Shown here: positions 53,969 through 64,000 of the stretch, piece after piece
How positions within the stretch are numbered: position 1 is the first letter of the stretch
Layout: each line of letters opens with the position of its first letter
NCBI GenBank assembly: GCA_043803945.1
Contig: JAZDJN010000091.1
Coordinates: 32,001-96,000 of the forward strand
Source: a bacterium
GTDB lineage: Bacteria > Bacteroidota > Ignavibacteria > UBA10030
Length of the DNA stretch: 64,000 nt
Direction: 5' to 3'
Notes under the pieces: generated by a model
What the model saw: the letters and a program-made list of their open reading frames with translations, nothing else
Databases searched by the model: none
Told to the model about the DNA's origin: nothing
Position numbers and translations under genes: made by a program

Positions 53969-54846
53969 AACACGAATCCTGGATTCAAATCGGCCTTTCG
54001 ATCCCCTCATCACACCATGACCTCATCACCGGTCAACTCTCCAGCTTAGGATTTGGCGGATTCCTACAGGAAGAGATCTCTCTCTTCTGTTACATCGAGC
54101 AGAAACGATGGACAAAGACTGTCGAGAAGTCATTAAAAAGGCTCCTCGATCAATTCTCAGCGGAATTCCCAGAGGCTTCAACAAAGATTTCAAAGAAAAC
54201 GATCGTCATGAAGAATTGGAATGCCGAATGGGAAAAATCTATTGGGATCATTGAAGCCACGCATCGTATAATCATCAAACCGTCCTGGAAGAAACTTCGC
54301 AAGAAAGATAAGGGCAAGATCATTATTGAGATCGACCCTAAAATGGCATTCGGAACAGGTCATCACGAAACAACGCGTCTTTCTCTCACGCTTCTCGAGG
54401 AATATATCGAGAAGGGAATGAAGGTTCTCGATTTTGGTACCGGCACAGGAATCCTGGCAATTGCCGCGGCAAAACTGGGTGCATCGTTTGTCGTCGCTAT
54501 TGATAATGATCCATGGGCCATTGACAATGCGAAAGAAAATGTCCGCAAGAATAAAGTCAGCAACTCGATTACGTTAAAAACAGGCGACATCAGCAAGGCA
54601 GGGAGAACACACTTCGATCTGGTTATCGCCAATATTGATTTGCCCACGATTACCAAGATCTTTCCACAGCTACTTTCAACGTTGAAGGTTGGATGTGATC
54701 TCATCCTTTCGGGAATCCTTGAAACCGACTTGCCTCAGTTTGTTGACTTCCTCTCTAATCAGGGAGCAGTGCCGCTTGAAATTCTTAATGAAAATGAATG
54801 GATTGCCATCGCATTAACCAAGGCGGATGCGAATCTCAGCGATTGA
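53965..54846 (+). CDS. prmA: ribosomal protein L11 methyltransferase
   Basis: DPKMAFGTGHHETT, LDFGTGTGILA, LILSGIL. Confidence 0.94.
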   Translation: MKHESWIQIGLSIPSSHHDLITGQLSSLGFGGFLQEEISLFCYIEQKRWTKTVEKSLKRLLDQFSAEFPEASTKISKKTIVMKNWNAEWEKSIGIIEATHRIIIKPSWKKLRKKDKGKIIIEIDPKMAFGTGHHETTRLSLTLLEEYIEKGMKVLDFGTGTGILAIAAAKLGASFVVAIDNDPWAIDNAKENVRKNKVSNSITLKTGDISKAGRTHFDLVIANIDLPTITKIFPQLLSTLKVGCDLILSGILETDLPQFVDFLSNQGAVPLEILNENEWIAIALTKADANLSD

Positions 54847-54968
54847 CATTGACACCAATACGATTCTCATGCTCATCGCTGAGATAGACCGGCATGGGAA
54901 GGTGTACACTATCCGGGATGAACAGACTATGCCACGCCTGGGAAAAGGTGTCGATGCCGGAGGAGATG
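54827..54968 (+). pseudogene. ppx: truncated Ppx/GppA phosphatase N-terminus
   Basis: MRISAIDIDTNTILMLIA...PRLGKGVD matches the Ppx/GppA start (DIGTN changed to DIDTN); similarity ends after ~46 aa at the iscS 3' end. Confidence 0.75.
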
Positions 54969-54971
54969 ATC

Positions 54972-56138
54972 TCAGGCAGTTTTTAATGAGAGTTGTCGCT
55001 GAATTACTCTTTGAAGTGCATTCAATGCATATTCGACTTCTTCAACGGTTGTCATACGGCTCAGAGAGAACCTTATAGTGGCACGTGCTGTTAACGTATC
55101 ATAACCCATCGCATGCAGAACATGAGAAGGAAGCAGGCTTCCTGAGGTACAGGCAGAGCCGCTTGTCACCGCCACGCCTTCCAAGTCCATACCCATGATT
55201 ATCGCTTCGCCATCCAGAGTATAGATCGTAGATGGGAAGGAGACACTCAGTATATGCGGGAGCCTCATTTGCGGGTGTCCGTTGATGAGAACTCCGGGAT
55301 ACTCGGCACGAAGTCGATTCTCCATCAGCAATCGAAGGTGTTCGACATGGCGGACATCCTGTTCCTGCGTCTTCACTGATCGTTCCAATGCCCGGGCAAA
55401 TCCCACTGCTGCGCAGAGGTTTTCCGTTCCTGCCCGGCGATTGGATTCCTGTGAGCCTCCCTCAAGAAATGAATTGATCCTGGTGCCTGTTTTAATGACG
55501 ATCGCTCCGATCCCCTTCGGGCCAAAAAACTTATGTGCACTGACTGCGGCAAGGTCAATACAAAGCTCATGGAGATTGAGCGGGACTTTTCCAACTGTTT
55601 GAACAGTATCGGAATGGACAGGAATGCCGTACTCTTTCGCAACAGCGACGACATCGTTCACCGGCTGAATCATTCCGATTTCATTGTTACTGTGCATGAC
55701 TGAAATAAGACCTGTAGTGTTCTTAATCAGCTTCCGAATATCATCCGGATTCACCATACCGAATGAGTCGACATGAAGAACGTCAATCTCACACCCTTCA
55801 GCAGAGAGTGACTCCACAGTATGGAGCACAGCATGGTGCTCAATGGACGAAACGATAAGATGGGTTTTTCCATTCTTCCGGTTCGCGGCAACAATCCCCT
55901 TCAGCGCGTGGTTATCCGCCTCAGTGCCGCCGCTCGTGAAGAAGAGTTCCTGTGTCTCGATACCGAGCAAGCGGGCAATGGCCTCGCGCTGTTCTTCCAG
56001 CAATACTCTCGCTTCCCGGCCATAGGCATGAATGGACGATGGATTGCCGAAGTATTGAAGAAGGTACGGTTGCATTGCTTCTGCGACCGATGGATCCAGA
56101 GGTGTTGTTGCGCTATAATCGAAATAGACTCTTTCCAT
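54972..56138 (-). CDS. iscS: cysteine desulfurase (group I, IscS/NifS-like)
   Basis: YFDYSATTP, TSGGTE, SAHK..GPKG, GSACTSG. Confidence 0.93.
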   Translation of the reverse strand: MERVYFDYSATTPLDPSVAEAMQPYLLQYFGNPSSIHAYGREARVLLEEQREAIARLLGIETQELFFTSGGTEADNHALKGIVAANRKNGKTHLIVSSIEHHAVLHTVESLSAEGCEIDVLHVDSFGMVNPDDIRKLIKNTTGLISVMHSNNEIGMIQPVNDVVAVAKEYGIPVHSDTVQTVGKVPLNLHELCIDLAAVSAHKFFGPKGIGAIVIKTGTRINSFLEGGSQESNRRAGTENLCAAVGFARALERSVKTQEQDVRHVEHLRLLMENRLRAEYPGVLINGHPQMRLPHILSVSFPSTIYTLDGEAIIMGMDLEGVAVTSGSACTSGSLLPSHVLHAMGYDTLTARATIRFSLSRMTTVEEVEYALNALQRVIQRQLSLKTA

Positions 56139-56174
56139 AGATCGATTCTGCTCTTATTGTGTTAATAAGGTAAC

Positions 56175-56205
56175 AAAAAAGCCGGTCAAATAGTGTGGCC
56201 GGCTT
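56175..56205 (-). terminator. intrinsic terminator of the ECF operon
   Basis: AAGCCGGCCA/TGACCGGC stem followed by T6. Confidence 0.65.
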
Positions 56206-56232
56206 ACCTGTCTAGAACGAGGGGAGTAAACC

Positions 56233-56721
56233 TTATTGCATTTGTCTCATTGGTCTTGGTGCGTCCCGCATAATATTCATCAGTTCACGAGTGAATTTTA
56301 ATTCAAAGACGAGATATTCGAATATCTGTTTTGCACTGAGAATTTCGTGGAGTTTGTCGATGTATTTTTTCTTGGTATCCTGGGCCAATTGTTCCAGATC
56401 CTGTAATTCCTGAAGTGCCTTTTCATAATCCGCATTTGATACTTTTGCAGCACGCCATGTTATTGCCTGCTTGACGATCCCCTCCTGCTTTTGCTGAATC
56501 TCCCGAATGGCGTCACGATGTTCATTATAACGGACGATAAACTTCAATGAGGTCTCTTCATCAAGCTTCAACACTTCCAGCATTCTCATTTTTTTAAATT
56601 GTTCAGCGCGTTCCATCGCTTGTCGAGGCATCATCTGCGGCCGATTTTGTGCAACAGCCCAATGCCCTGCGAAGAAGATCAACAAGCTCCACGGTAGCAG
56701 AACTCTCAGCAGTGATTTCAT
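56233..56721 (-). CDS. exported helical protein (Spy/CpxP-like)
   Basis: signal peptide AVA-Q, L.L.EE...KF, LS.KQ motif; downstream of the anti-sigma gene. Confidence 0.7.
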   Translation of the reverse strand: MKSLLRVLLPWSLLIFFAGHWAVAQNRPQMMPRQAMERAEQFKKMRMLEVLKLDEETSLKFIVRYNEHRDAIREIQQKQEGIVKQAITWRAAKVSNADYEKALQELQDLEQLAQDTKKKYIDKLHEILSAKQIFEYLVFELKFTRELMNIMRDAPRPMRQMQ

Positions 56722-57356
56722 GGGATAATCCTTTCTCCTAATCGTTCCAGAAGAGTGTTCAATTCCGATTCCGATATGCTCTCAAGTTGGATAGAGGTTC
56801 CATTATTCAGAGTATTCGATAATAATCCGGACATTGCAGGCACTTGTTCCTCCAAGAGATCGATCGATAAAGCCTTGCTGCCAATTTCCGATAACGCTTC
56901 GTGAGTCGATGTCGTTGCGTCCAGTGGTTGAAAACTGAACTGATCCAGTGCAGCTTCCGTAAGATCACTCATAGTCATATCCTGCATGGCCGCTGCAAGG
57001 CCATTATCCACAGTCTCAAAAGTACCCTTGGGATAGTCCAAATTGATGAGCAAAATAACCAGAGCGGCGGCAGCAACAACCGGAGCCATGCGTTGAAGGA
57101 TGGAAGAATACAATGAGATTCTGAACAATGTCGGCTTCTCGATCCGTTCTCGCACACGAGGTACGATTGTGGAAAAATAGCCGCTCGGAACGATAGGATG
57201 TTTCCCCGCCTCAAGCTGTGTGAACAGTGACCGCAGCGCATCAGATTCCTGCCGGCACTTCGCACAGCTCAGCAAATGGTTCTCGACCGCCTTTGAGGTT
57301 TCTCCATCCAACGTACCGTTGAGAAAATCAGGGAGTATTTCTTCAATGTGTTTCAT
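56718..57356 (-). CDS. zinc-finger anti-sigma factor
   Basis: HLLSCAKC (HxxxCxxC), one TM helix. Confidence 0.85.
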   Translation of the reverse strand: MKHIEEILPDFLNGTLDGETSKAVENHLLSCAKCRQESDALRSLFTQLEAGKHPIVPSGYFSTIVPRVRERIEKPTLFRISLYSSILQRMAPVVAAAALVILLINLDYPKGTFETVDNGLAAAMQDMTMSDLTEAALDQFSFQPLDATTSTHEALSEIGSKALSIDLLEEQVPAMSGLLSNTLNNGTSIQLESISESELNTLLERLGERIIP

Positions 57357-57900
57357 TGGCCTTCTTTACAAAATCTTGAATTTTACGAATCGCATGAAAA
57401 TAGTTTGCTTTCAATCCACCAACGGAGGTCTTCAATATCTTGGCAATTTCTTCATACGGCAACTCATCATAGTAGCGAAGAAGAAAGACAGCCTTTTGTT
57501 GTTTTGGTAATGTCGCTATAGCTTTCGTAATCAGTTCGCGCTGCTCTTCACGCTCAAGAATCCAATCCGGAGGATCGCTTTCGACATCCTCTGTATCGAA
57601 GAGTTCATCAATACGAAAAAAATCTCTTACTTTTTGTCTGCGAATCGAGTTCAGCGCAATATTGATGGTAATCCGATACAGCCAGGTATAAATTGAGGAT
57701 TCACCCCGGAATCCACCAAACGATTCATACGCTTTGACGAATACTTCCTGTGTGATATCGTCGGCTTGATCATGATCGTTGACATATTTCCGTGCAAGCC
57801 AATAGACCTTTTCCTGGTATTTCAACACAATCCGGTTAAATGCTGACTCGTTCCCTTGTTGAAATTCCTCAATAAGTTGCGCGTCCGAATATTCTGCCAT
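57343..57900 (-). CDS. ECF RNA polymerase sigma factor
   Basis: ADDITQEVF, FRGESSIYTWLYRI, LP..QK.VF.LR....Y.EIA. Confidence 0.93.
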   Translation of the reverse strand: MAEYSDAQLIEEFQQGNESAFNRIVLKYQEKVYWLARKYVNDHDQADDITQEVFVKAYESFGGFRGESSIYTWLYRITINIALNSIRRQKVRDFFRIDELFDTEDVESDPPDWILEREEQRELITKAIATLPKQQKAVFLLRYYDELPYEEIAKILKTSVGGLKANYFHAIRKIQDFVKKANETH

Positions 57901-58001
57901 GGAGTCTTATGGTTACACAGAAGTTTGACAGAGCACTGAAATAAAAGTTTAAGAGCCAAACCGATATTCTCCCCTTCGAAAACGTTGAGAATCGGCACTT
58001 A

Positions 58002-59279
58002 TTACTCATTTCTTTTGATAATAACGAGGGTGAGGTCATCCGAAGGAGGCTCATGGCTTACAAAACGTTCAACATCTTCCACAATCCCGCTTTTTACACG
58101 CTCAGATCCTTCACTCGCCAGGGTCTTGAGTTGTTCCATCAAACGCTCTTCCGAGTATTGATCTTTCGCCGGATTCATTGCTTCAGTTACACCGTCAGAA
58201 TAGAGCACCAGAATGTCTGATGGCTCTAATTGCACTTGAAGATTTTGGTATTCGGCAAAGTCGAACATTCCCAATGGGATACCTCCACCGGCCAGCGTTT
58301 CAACCGCATGGGTTTTATACCGATAGAGATACGGATAATTATGTCCTGCATTCAGATAATTAAACATTCCCGTTTCGACATCCAAAATACCGGCAATCAA
58401 TGTAATAAATCGTTCTGCTTCAGTATGCTCATAGACGAAGGTGTTCAAGCCTTTTCCAAGATTATCGAGCTCTTCGATTTGTCCCAGATAAGCATGAATG
58501 TACGCATGGACAGTAGAAACTAGTAACGCCGCGGGGATTCCCTTTCCGGAAACATCAGCAACAAGAAATAAGCTTTTCGTCTCAGAGAGTTTGATGACAT
58601 CGTAGTAATCACCACCGACCATCTTTGACGGTTTGGTGATAGCAGCAATATCGTAGTTCGGGATTAGGGGGATTTCTTTCGGGAGAAGGCGCCGCTGAAT
58701 CGATCCGGCAATTTCAATCTCACGCTCCATCTTCTTCTTCTCAACTTCTGATTCGTGCAGGCGTGCATTTTCAATCGCCAGGGCTACGTGGACCGAAAAC
58801 GCTTCAAGAAAATGTTCATCCTCCCGTGTAAAGGTGCCACGGACTTTATTCAGGATTTGAAAGACCCCAATAATTTTTTCATTCCGGTCCCTCATCGGCA
58901 TACACAGCATCGTCTTTGTCTGGAATCCTGACCGCAAATCGAAACCGGAATAAAAGCGTTTATCCTTCCATGCATCTTTGAGATTTACCTTCACCCCTGT
59001 CTTTCCGACGTGGCCGGCAATCCCCGTACCAAGCGGAAGACGAATTTCTATTAACTCCCTCCCCTTGACTACTTTAGACCAGAGTTCATCCCGTTCTTCA
59101 TCTACAAGATAAATAGTACCTCTCGTTGCCTTCAGATTACTGGTGGCAAGGTCAAGAATTAACGAGAGAAGTTTTTCAAGATTAAGAGTCGAATTCAGAA
59201 TTCGGGAAGCATCAATGAGAGCTTCCAGCCGTTTAAGCTGCGATCTGTTCGAACGGTGTTTGGGGGATGCTGTACCCAA
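58002..59279 (-). CDS. GAF plus SpoIIE/RsbU-type PP2C phosphatase
   Basis: GAF (GIAG.V...G, D..SGF.TK..LC.P), VGGDYYD, ADVSGKG, SDGVTEA, DDLT. Confidence 0.92.
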   Translation of the reverse strand: MGTASPKHRSNRSQLKRLEALIDASRILNSTLNLEKLLSLILDLATSNLKATRGTIYLVDEERDELWSKVVKGRELIEIRLPLGTGIAGHVGKTGVKVNLKDAWKDKRFYSGFDLRSGFQTKTMLCMPMRDRNEKIIGVFQILNKVRGTFTREDEHFLEAFSVHVALAIENARLHESEVEKKKMEREIEIAGSIQRRLLPKEIPLIPNYDIAAITKPSKMVGGDYYDVIKLSETKSLFLVADVSGKGIPAALLVSTVHAYIHAYLGQIEELDNLGKGLNTFVYEHTEAERFITLIAGILDVETGMFNYLNAGHNYPYLYRYKTHAVETLAGGGIPLGMFDFAEYQNLQVQLEPSDILVLYSDGVTEAMNPAKDQYSEERLMEQLKTLASEGSERVKSGIVEDVERFVSHEPPSDDLTLVIIKRNE

Positions 59280-59411
59280 GAGCTTGTCCTTCTACAAGTT
59301 GGGGGGAAATTCACTACGATGAAGGAGTATACGCTGAAGTGAAGAGATTATCAACTTCATTTTCGGTATTTCTCAGTAAGTGTTCAGCAAGATGGGTAAT
59401 CCATTATTCTT

Positions 59412-59520
59412 ACCACTGATGGCGCACCGATGATCACCGAGGATGATAACTGGAGTACGTCGTATATCTTAAAAATAATAAAATAATATTATCTGTGTAA
59501 ATCCGTGTGCCATCGGTGGT
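59412..59520. repeat. inverted periodic repeat pair around an AT-rich spacer
   Basis: ACCACTGATGGCGCACCGAT compared with ATCCGTGTGCCATCGGTGGT. Confidence 0.65.
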
Positions 59521-59551
59521 GAAATTGCTGAGCAAATACGGTTTTCAAATG

Positions 59552-59575
59552 AAAAGGCAGCCAGAGGCTGCCTTT
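59552..59575 (-). terminator. intrinsic terminator
   Basis: AAAGGCAGCC-TCT-GGCTGCC-TTTT. Confidence 0.75.
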
Positions 59576-59603
59576 CTTCTATGCTAAAAAACCGGTACCG
59601 AAA

Positions 59604-61463
59604 TCATCTGACGAGGGTCATCTTCTTTGAAGCATGATTTTCCCCTCCACTGATGCGATAGAAATAGACGCCGCTCGGCATACTCCGCCCATCGTCATTG
59701 GTTGCATCCCAAACGATGCTATGAATCCCGGCATTCATGTGTTTTCCCACAAAAAGCGAACGCACCTTAATCCCGATCATATTGTAAATCTCAAACGTAA
59801 CCGGAGCTTCCTTTGGCAATGAGAAATAGATTGTGGTTGTCGGATTGAAAGGATTCGGGAAATTCTGTCCAAGAGAAAATTCTGTTGGTATCAATTCTTC
59901 CTTCTCTGCAACTTCCGTTAAGGTCATATTCCATTCGGTCGAGTCTTTTGCGCCTTTCACATCGGTGAATACACAGGTGACCTTTCGCGGCATGTTATGG
60001 GCACCGGTAAAGGTGTCAGTATAGGTGCTGTCAAGTCCACTCTTTTTCGTGACACCATCAACTTTCCATGTATAGTTAACGGTATCCTTATCGAGGTCCT
60101 GAACACTGACCGTAAATTTTATTGGGACATTTACGGAGATCGTACCGGCATTCTGAGGAGTCCGAAGCAGCAGTGTAGGCTTCCGGTTTACATCAGTAAC
60201 CGTGATGGAAACGACTGTGCTATCGCTCAATCCACCGGAGTCGGTGACCTTAAAAGAAACAGAATAGCTGCCGGCTTGTGTAAATGATGGTGTCCATGAA
60301 AAGGCTCCGTTTGACTGATTCAATGCAGCACCAGAGGGCAGATTGGAAGAGGTGTAGACAAGAAGGTCTGCATCCGCATCTGATGCAGTAACGTTGAAGG
60401 ATAAAGCCTGACCTTCAGCAACACTCTTGGCTGTTATCGGAGTAATGACCGGTTTCTGGTTGACATTTGTCACGGTGATCGTAACAACAATTGAGTCGCT
60501 CAGCCCTCCTGTATCCGTTGCTTTAAAAATGATCGGATAGGCACCTGCCTGTGTGAACGAAGGAGTCCACGCAAATGCACCTGTGGTTTGATTAAGTGAT
60601 GATCCCTGAGGAGAGTTTGGTGAACTGTAAGTGAGTGCGTCGCCGTCGGGATCAGTCGCACTCAATGTAAAAACCAGTAACTGTCCCTCCGAAGTGGATT
60701 GAGGGGAAACGGTATTCATTGCCGGTTTCTGGTTGACATTGCTGACCGTTATTGAAAAGGCAAGACTGTCACTGAGTCCAAGGGCATCGGTGGCTCTTAT
60801 CATCACCGAGTATGAACCCGATTGAGAAAGCGTAGGAATCCAGGTAAATACTCCTGTTGTTGCATTAATCGAAGCTCCCATCGGAGGATTAGAAAGACTG
60901 AAGGTAATTGCATCAGCATCCGGATCGGTTGCGGTGACGGTGAATGAAAGCTGTTTCCCTTCATCGATTGTTTTCGCCGGTATGGGATTGAGTACTGGTT
61001 TGCGATCGACGATAATAGAGCCGCTCTTGATCGAGTAGGTCAATCCTCCTCGTAAATTGAATGAGGTAAAGGTAAGATTGGTTTTTCCCTTTGCGCGCAA
61101 CTCCGCTTTTACATAAATGAGCCTTCCACTTCCTGTAAGATCTGTTGTACCGGCAGCTGCGACTGAAAGAGTATCCGGAATTTTATCCCAGTTCGTGATG
61201 ATTAATCCACCAGCTGCATCAATAACTTCGGCAAATGTCCCAGGATATTCGGTTCCGATAAGTTTCGCGATCGTTGAATCATACGCTATCCGGAAGTCAA
61301 ATGATTTCACCGCTTTGCCAGTCAAATCACCGATATATATCGGGATCTTCATGATCGTCCCAGGCGCCCCAATAGTGTCGGGGAGAGTGACCGGAATTGC
61401 CTGTCCATAGGTGAATGCCGTGATAACTGTTGTCAGGAGTATTGTCGTAATCAGCCGTTTCAT
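59604..61463 (-). CDS. secreted protein: cohesin-like domain, three cadherin/Ig repeats, C-terminal sorting domain
   Basis: signal peptide; IPI.I......V.SFDF.I.YD cohesin pattern; 3 x ~91-aa repeats; LGQNFPNPFNP...GVYFYR C-terminal domain. Confidence 0.82.
   Translation of the reverse strand: MKRLITTILLTTVITAFTYGQAIPVTLPDTIGAPGTIMKIPIYIGDLTGKAVKSFDFRIAYDSTIAKLIGTEYPGTFAEVIDAAGGLIITNWDKIPDTLSVAAAGTTDLTGSGRLIYVKAELRAKGKTNLTFTSFNLRGGLTYSIKSGSIIVDRKPVLNPIPAKTIDEGKQLSFTVTATDPDADAITFSLSNPPMGASINATTGVFTWIPTLSQSGSYSVMIRATDALGLSDSLAFSITVSNVNQKPAMNTVSPQSTSEGQLLVFTLSATDPDGDALTYSSPNSPQGSSLNQTTGAFAWTPSFTQAGAYPIIFKATDTGGLSDSIVVTITVTNVNQKPVITPITAKSVAEGQALSFNVTASDADADLLVYTSSNLPSGAALNQSNGAFSWTPSFTQAGSYSVSFKVTDSGGLSDSTVVSITVTDVNRKPTLLLRTPQNAGTISVNVPIKFTVSVQDLDKDTVNYTWKVDGVTKKSGLDSTYTDTFTGAHNMPRKVTCVFTDVKGAKDSTEWNMTLTEVAEKEELIPTEFSLGQNFPNPFNPTTTIYFSLPKEAPVTFEIYNMIGIKVRSLFVGKHMNAGIHSIVWDATNDDGRSMPSGVYFYRISGGENHASKKMTLVR
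60187..61005 (-). repeat. three tandem ~273-bp coding repeats (cadherin-like Ig)
   Basis: KP....EG..L.F...A.D.D.D...G.F.W.P...Q.GSY....TD..GLSDS...ITV..VN repeated three times. Confidence 0.8.
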
Positions 61464-61534
61464 AATTTTTCCTATTAAATTTTCCATGATAACCCCCTTG
61501 TTCCTATTTGCTTTCGTAATTGCTCAGTTAGTTT

Positions 61535-61640
61535 GCCACAAAGCCACTATGACACAAAGTCTTTTTAACGACATCGGAATAGTATCGAGAAAAAAAATAA
61601 ATATCTTACTTTTACTTTGTGACTTTGTGCCTTGGTAGTT
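61535..61640. repeat. inverted periodic CACAAAG repeat pair
   Basis: GCCACAAAGCCACTATGACACAAAG / CTTTGTGACTTTGTGCCTTGGTAG. Confidence 0.6.
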
Positions 61641-61773
61641 TAGTGTTTGCCTACTTTCTAATATATAAAATTCTTCTTTCGATTTCTACTCACAACACCT
61701 GATTAAGTATATCGATATCTACCGCATCCTATTGTATCCTTTGTCACACACATTCCATACGGTTATTCCTGGA

Positions 61774-63999
61774 TCACCGGATAAGTAGCATTCTTTTCGA
61801 TGCACGATAACCAGATGTTTCAAGGCAATAAAGATAGATACCTGAGGAGGCTGCTTCTCCCGTCTCCGTTCTTCCATCCCATTGAACTCGTTGTTCACCG
61901 GCCTCGAGTTCACTGTTTTTCAATGTCTTAATCAACCTGCCGGAAATATCAAAAATCTGCAATTTTACGTGCCCTGAGACCGGCAATTGAAATTGAATCA
62001 TCGTAGAGGGATTGAATGGATTAGGGTAATTCTGCATTAGCGCAAAATGGTGGTGAATCGCCACCGCTTCATACTGAATCTTTTCGATCACACGCTCATT
62101 CAGCATAGCTTCGAATTCCAATTCTAAGGATACGGTTGGATTCAACCGTTCTAGCGTAAATTGAGCGATACTACCCTTTTCGAGCGGTGATGCACCCGCC
62201 ATTACGATTGTAATCGTTTCTCCCTTTATTTCATGGCACAACTGCCAATCTTTAGGAAGAGTTCCGGCTATTGTTCGAATCCCTACTATTGTACTATCCC
62301 AGTTCCCCTTCATTTGAACAGAATAAATTTTTTCACCATCTGTTTGGAGTATGAGCGGTATCTCTATCAAGCTCGTCTGATTGATCCTCCGTTGAACTCC
62401 CCACCCGAGAGAACCCGTTCGTTCACCCTGCTTCATTAGTCGGGGGTGTTCAGGTGCTGGCTGAACCGGAAAAACCGAAATCACTCCGGCAACGTACTGA
62501 AGAATTAACGAAGCATCGTAAGCGGTAATTGTCCCATCCTTTGAAACATCAGCCAGAAAGAGTGTCAGTGGACCGGACAGCAGTTGAATACCGGCTACAT
62601 GTAAGAGGATAAGCGAGGCATCGTATGCGGTGATCACATCATCTCCGCTCACATCCCCGGGACGACGGTTCTGGATAATCGTCACAGATGCCGTTGTGCT
62701 ATCAGATGCACTGCCATCGCTGATTCGAACCGTAATTGTATAACGACCACCTGCCTGCGATAGGAGCGGGATCCAACGAATCCGCCCCTCATTGGTCAAT
62801 GAACACCCCGGCGGAGCATTCAGCAGATTGAAGATGAGCGGATCGCCATCAGCATCGAATGCCAGGTAGGTGAACAGCAGGGAGTCTTGTCCCGCACGCA
62901 AGGTCGTATCACGCAAGATCCTCGCAAATCTCGGTGTGCGATTAACATTTTGTACGCTGATCGCCGAGGAATTCGTAATCGTAAACTGACCATCAGAAGC
63001 GGTGACAATAATCGAATAGGAACCGGCCTGTAAAAATGTTGGTACCCATCGAAGGATTCCATTCTTTTCGTCGATGGAGACACCTGTGGGTGGATTCAGG
63101 AGTGCGTAGAGAATCTCCTCGCCATAATCACGAGGATCAGTACTGAACTTGTAGATGAGAGTATCATTTTCTCTGATTACCGTGTCTCTCAGTGCCTGCA
63201 GAAAGAGAGGCGGCCGTGTTGGATAACCAATAGTAAACCGCGTTCCCTCTGGAATGAGATTAGCCAATGATCCTGTCGATCGAACTATGAGCAACGTATC
63301 GCCTGTACTTGAAACCTCCAGTGCATTCCTTCCATAGCTTAATCCGGATCCCTGCAATTGCCAGGGAGTCGCTAACAGATTACTCTCCTGCCGTCGTATA
63401 AGACGCAGATCAACGATGCGGCTAAATGCCTGATCAGATTTTATTGTCTGAACTTCGATGTCACATTGCTGAGATTGGGACAGTGTCGGCAATGTCGATT
63501 GCAACGACCAGTAGCGTAGTCCATAACTCCCTATTCGGATACCATTGCCCGCATCAAATGGCAATCCAACTGTCCCTTCTGCAGAACCAACAACCGCCTG
63601 AACCTCAATTGTTGGATTGGCTGTTGCCGGATACGCAGCAGTAAACGTCATAATGAATGGTTGATACCCTGTAACACTGCCAACAGGAAATTCATATTTT
63701 CCATTTGCCCACTGGAGTGGATTCCCCGCACCCACGCTGATGCTCTGACGAACTCTGCCGAGAATATGGGAAACATTTGCACCAACGATCCCGGTGCGAT
63801 CGAATCCCTGCTGCGAAGCCTGTTGGGAAAGTGTAATGCTGGTAGTATCGGCCCGGAGTATTCCGTTGATGAAGTAGAGGAGTGAACCGGGATCCAGTTT
63901 CAGATCGCCGCCGCTCAGGCGAAATCCCAGTCGATTGTTTAATCGAAGATGAATCGCCGATGATCCACCCGGTAACACCAAACCCTGTGAGGGAACTTG
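61774..63999 (-). CDS. large secreted protein (5' partial): Ig repeats, type I dockerin, cohesin-like domain, C-terminal sorting domain
   Basis: frame open to the window edge; GDVSGDDVITAYDASLIL / ADVSKDGTITAYDASLIL duplicated Ca-binding loops; LMQNYPNPFNP C-terminal domain. Confidence 0.85.
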   Translation of the reverse strand, partial: QVPSQGLVLPGGSSAIHLRLNNRLGFRLSGGDLKLDPGSLLYFINGILRADTTSITLSQQASQQGFDRTGIVGANVSHILGRVRQSISVGAGNPLQWANGKYEFPVGSVTGYQPFIMTFTAAYPATANPTIEVQAVVGSAEGTVGLPFDAGNGIRIGSYGLRYWSLQSTLPTLSQSQQCDIEVQTIKSDQAFSRIVDLRLIRRQESNLLATPWQLQGSGLSYGRNALEVSSTGDTLLIVRSTGSLANLIPEGTRFTIGYPTRPPLFLQALRDTVIRENDTLIYKFSTDPRDYGEEILYALLNPPTGVSIDEKNGILRWVPTFLQAGSYSIIVTASDGQFTITNSSAISVQNVNRTPRFARILRDTTLRAGQDSLLFTYLAFDADGDPLIFNLLNAPPGCSLTNEGRIRWIPLLSQAGGRYTITVRISDGSASDSTTASVTIIQNRRPGDVSGDDVITAYDASLILLHVAGIQLLSGPLTLFLADVSKDGTITAYDASLILQYVAGVISVFPVQPAPEHPRLMKQGERTGSLGWGVQRRINQTSLIEIPLILQTDGEKIYSVQMKGNWDSTIVGIRTIAGTLPKDWQLCHEIKGETITIVMAGASPLEKGSIAQFTLERLNPTVSLELEFEAMLNERVIEKIQYEAVAIHHHFALMQNYPNPFNPSTMIQFQLPVSGHVKLQIFDISGRLIKTLKNSELEAGEQRVQWDGRTETGEAASSGIYLYCLETSGYRASKRMLLIR

Positions 64000-64000
64000 A

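Overview
This window looks like chromosomal DNA from an Ignavibacteria/Bacteroidota-like bacterium. The taxonomy is inferred from the fused ccoNO, monoheme CcoP, 'QNYPNPFNP' C-terminal secretion domains and long SecA. Left to right it holds: glmS-pgeF-large sensor kinase; a pyrR-pyrB-pyrC operon with an intact PyrR attenuator; a ~15 kb alternative complex III (act) plus A2-type heme-copper oxidase operon, divergent from a complete cbb3 oxidase operon; tRNA-Val(CAC) beside a decayed accessory island; housekeeping genes (uvrC, era, glnB, secA, dacB, prmA, iscS); an ECF sigma/anti-sigma module; and two secreted cohesin/dockerin/Ig-repeat proteins. The best candidates for new biology are (1) a translationally coupled trio of proteasome-like Ntn hydrolase, antitoxin and MazF toxin in the island, (2) short palindromic elements that insert into each other and into duplicated tRNA fragments without target duplication, (3) a candidate small RNA with an anti-Shine-Dalgarno motif, and (4) a non-cellulosomal cohesin-dockerin pair. 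All calls come from reading motifs by eye; no database search was run.
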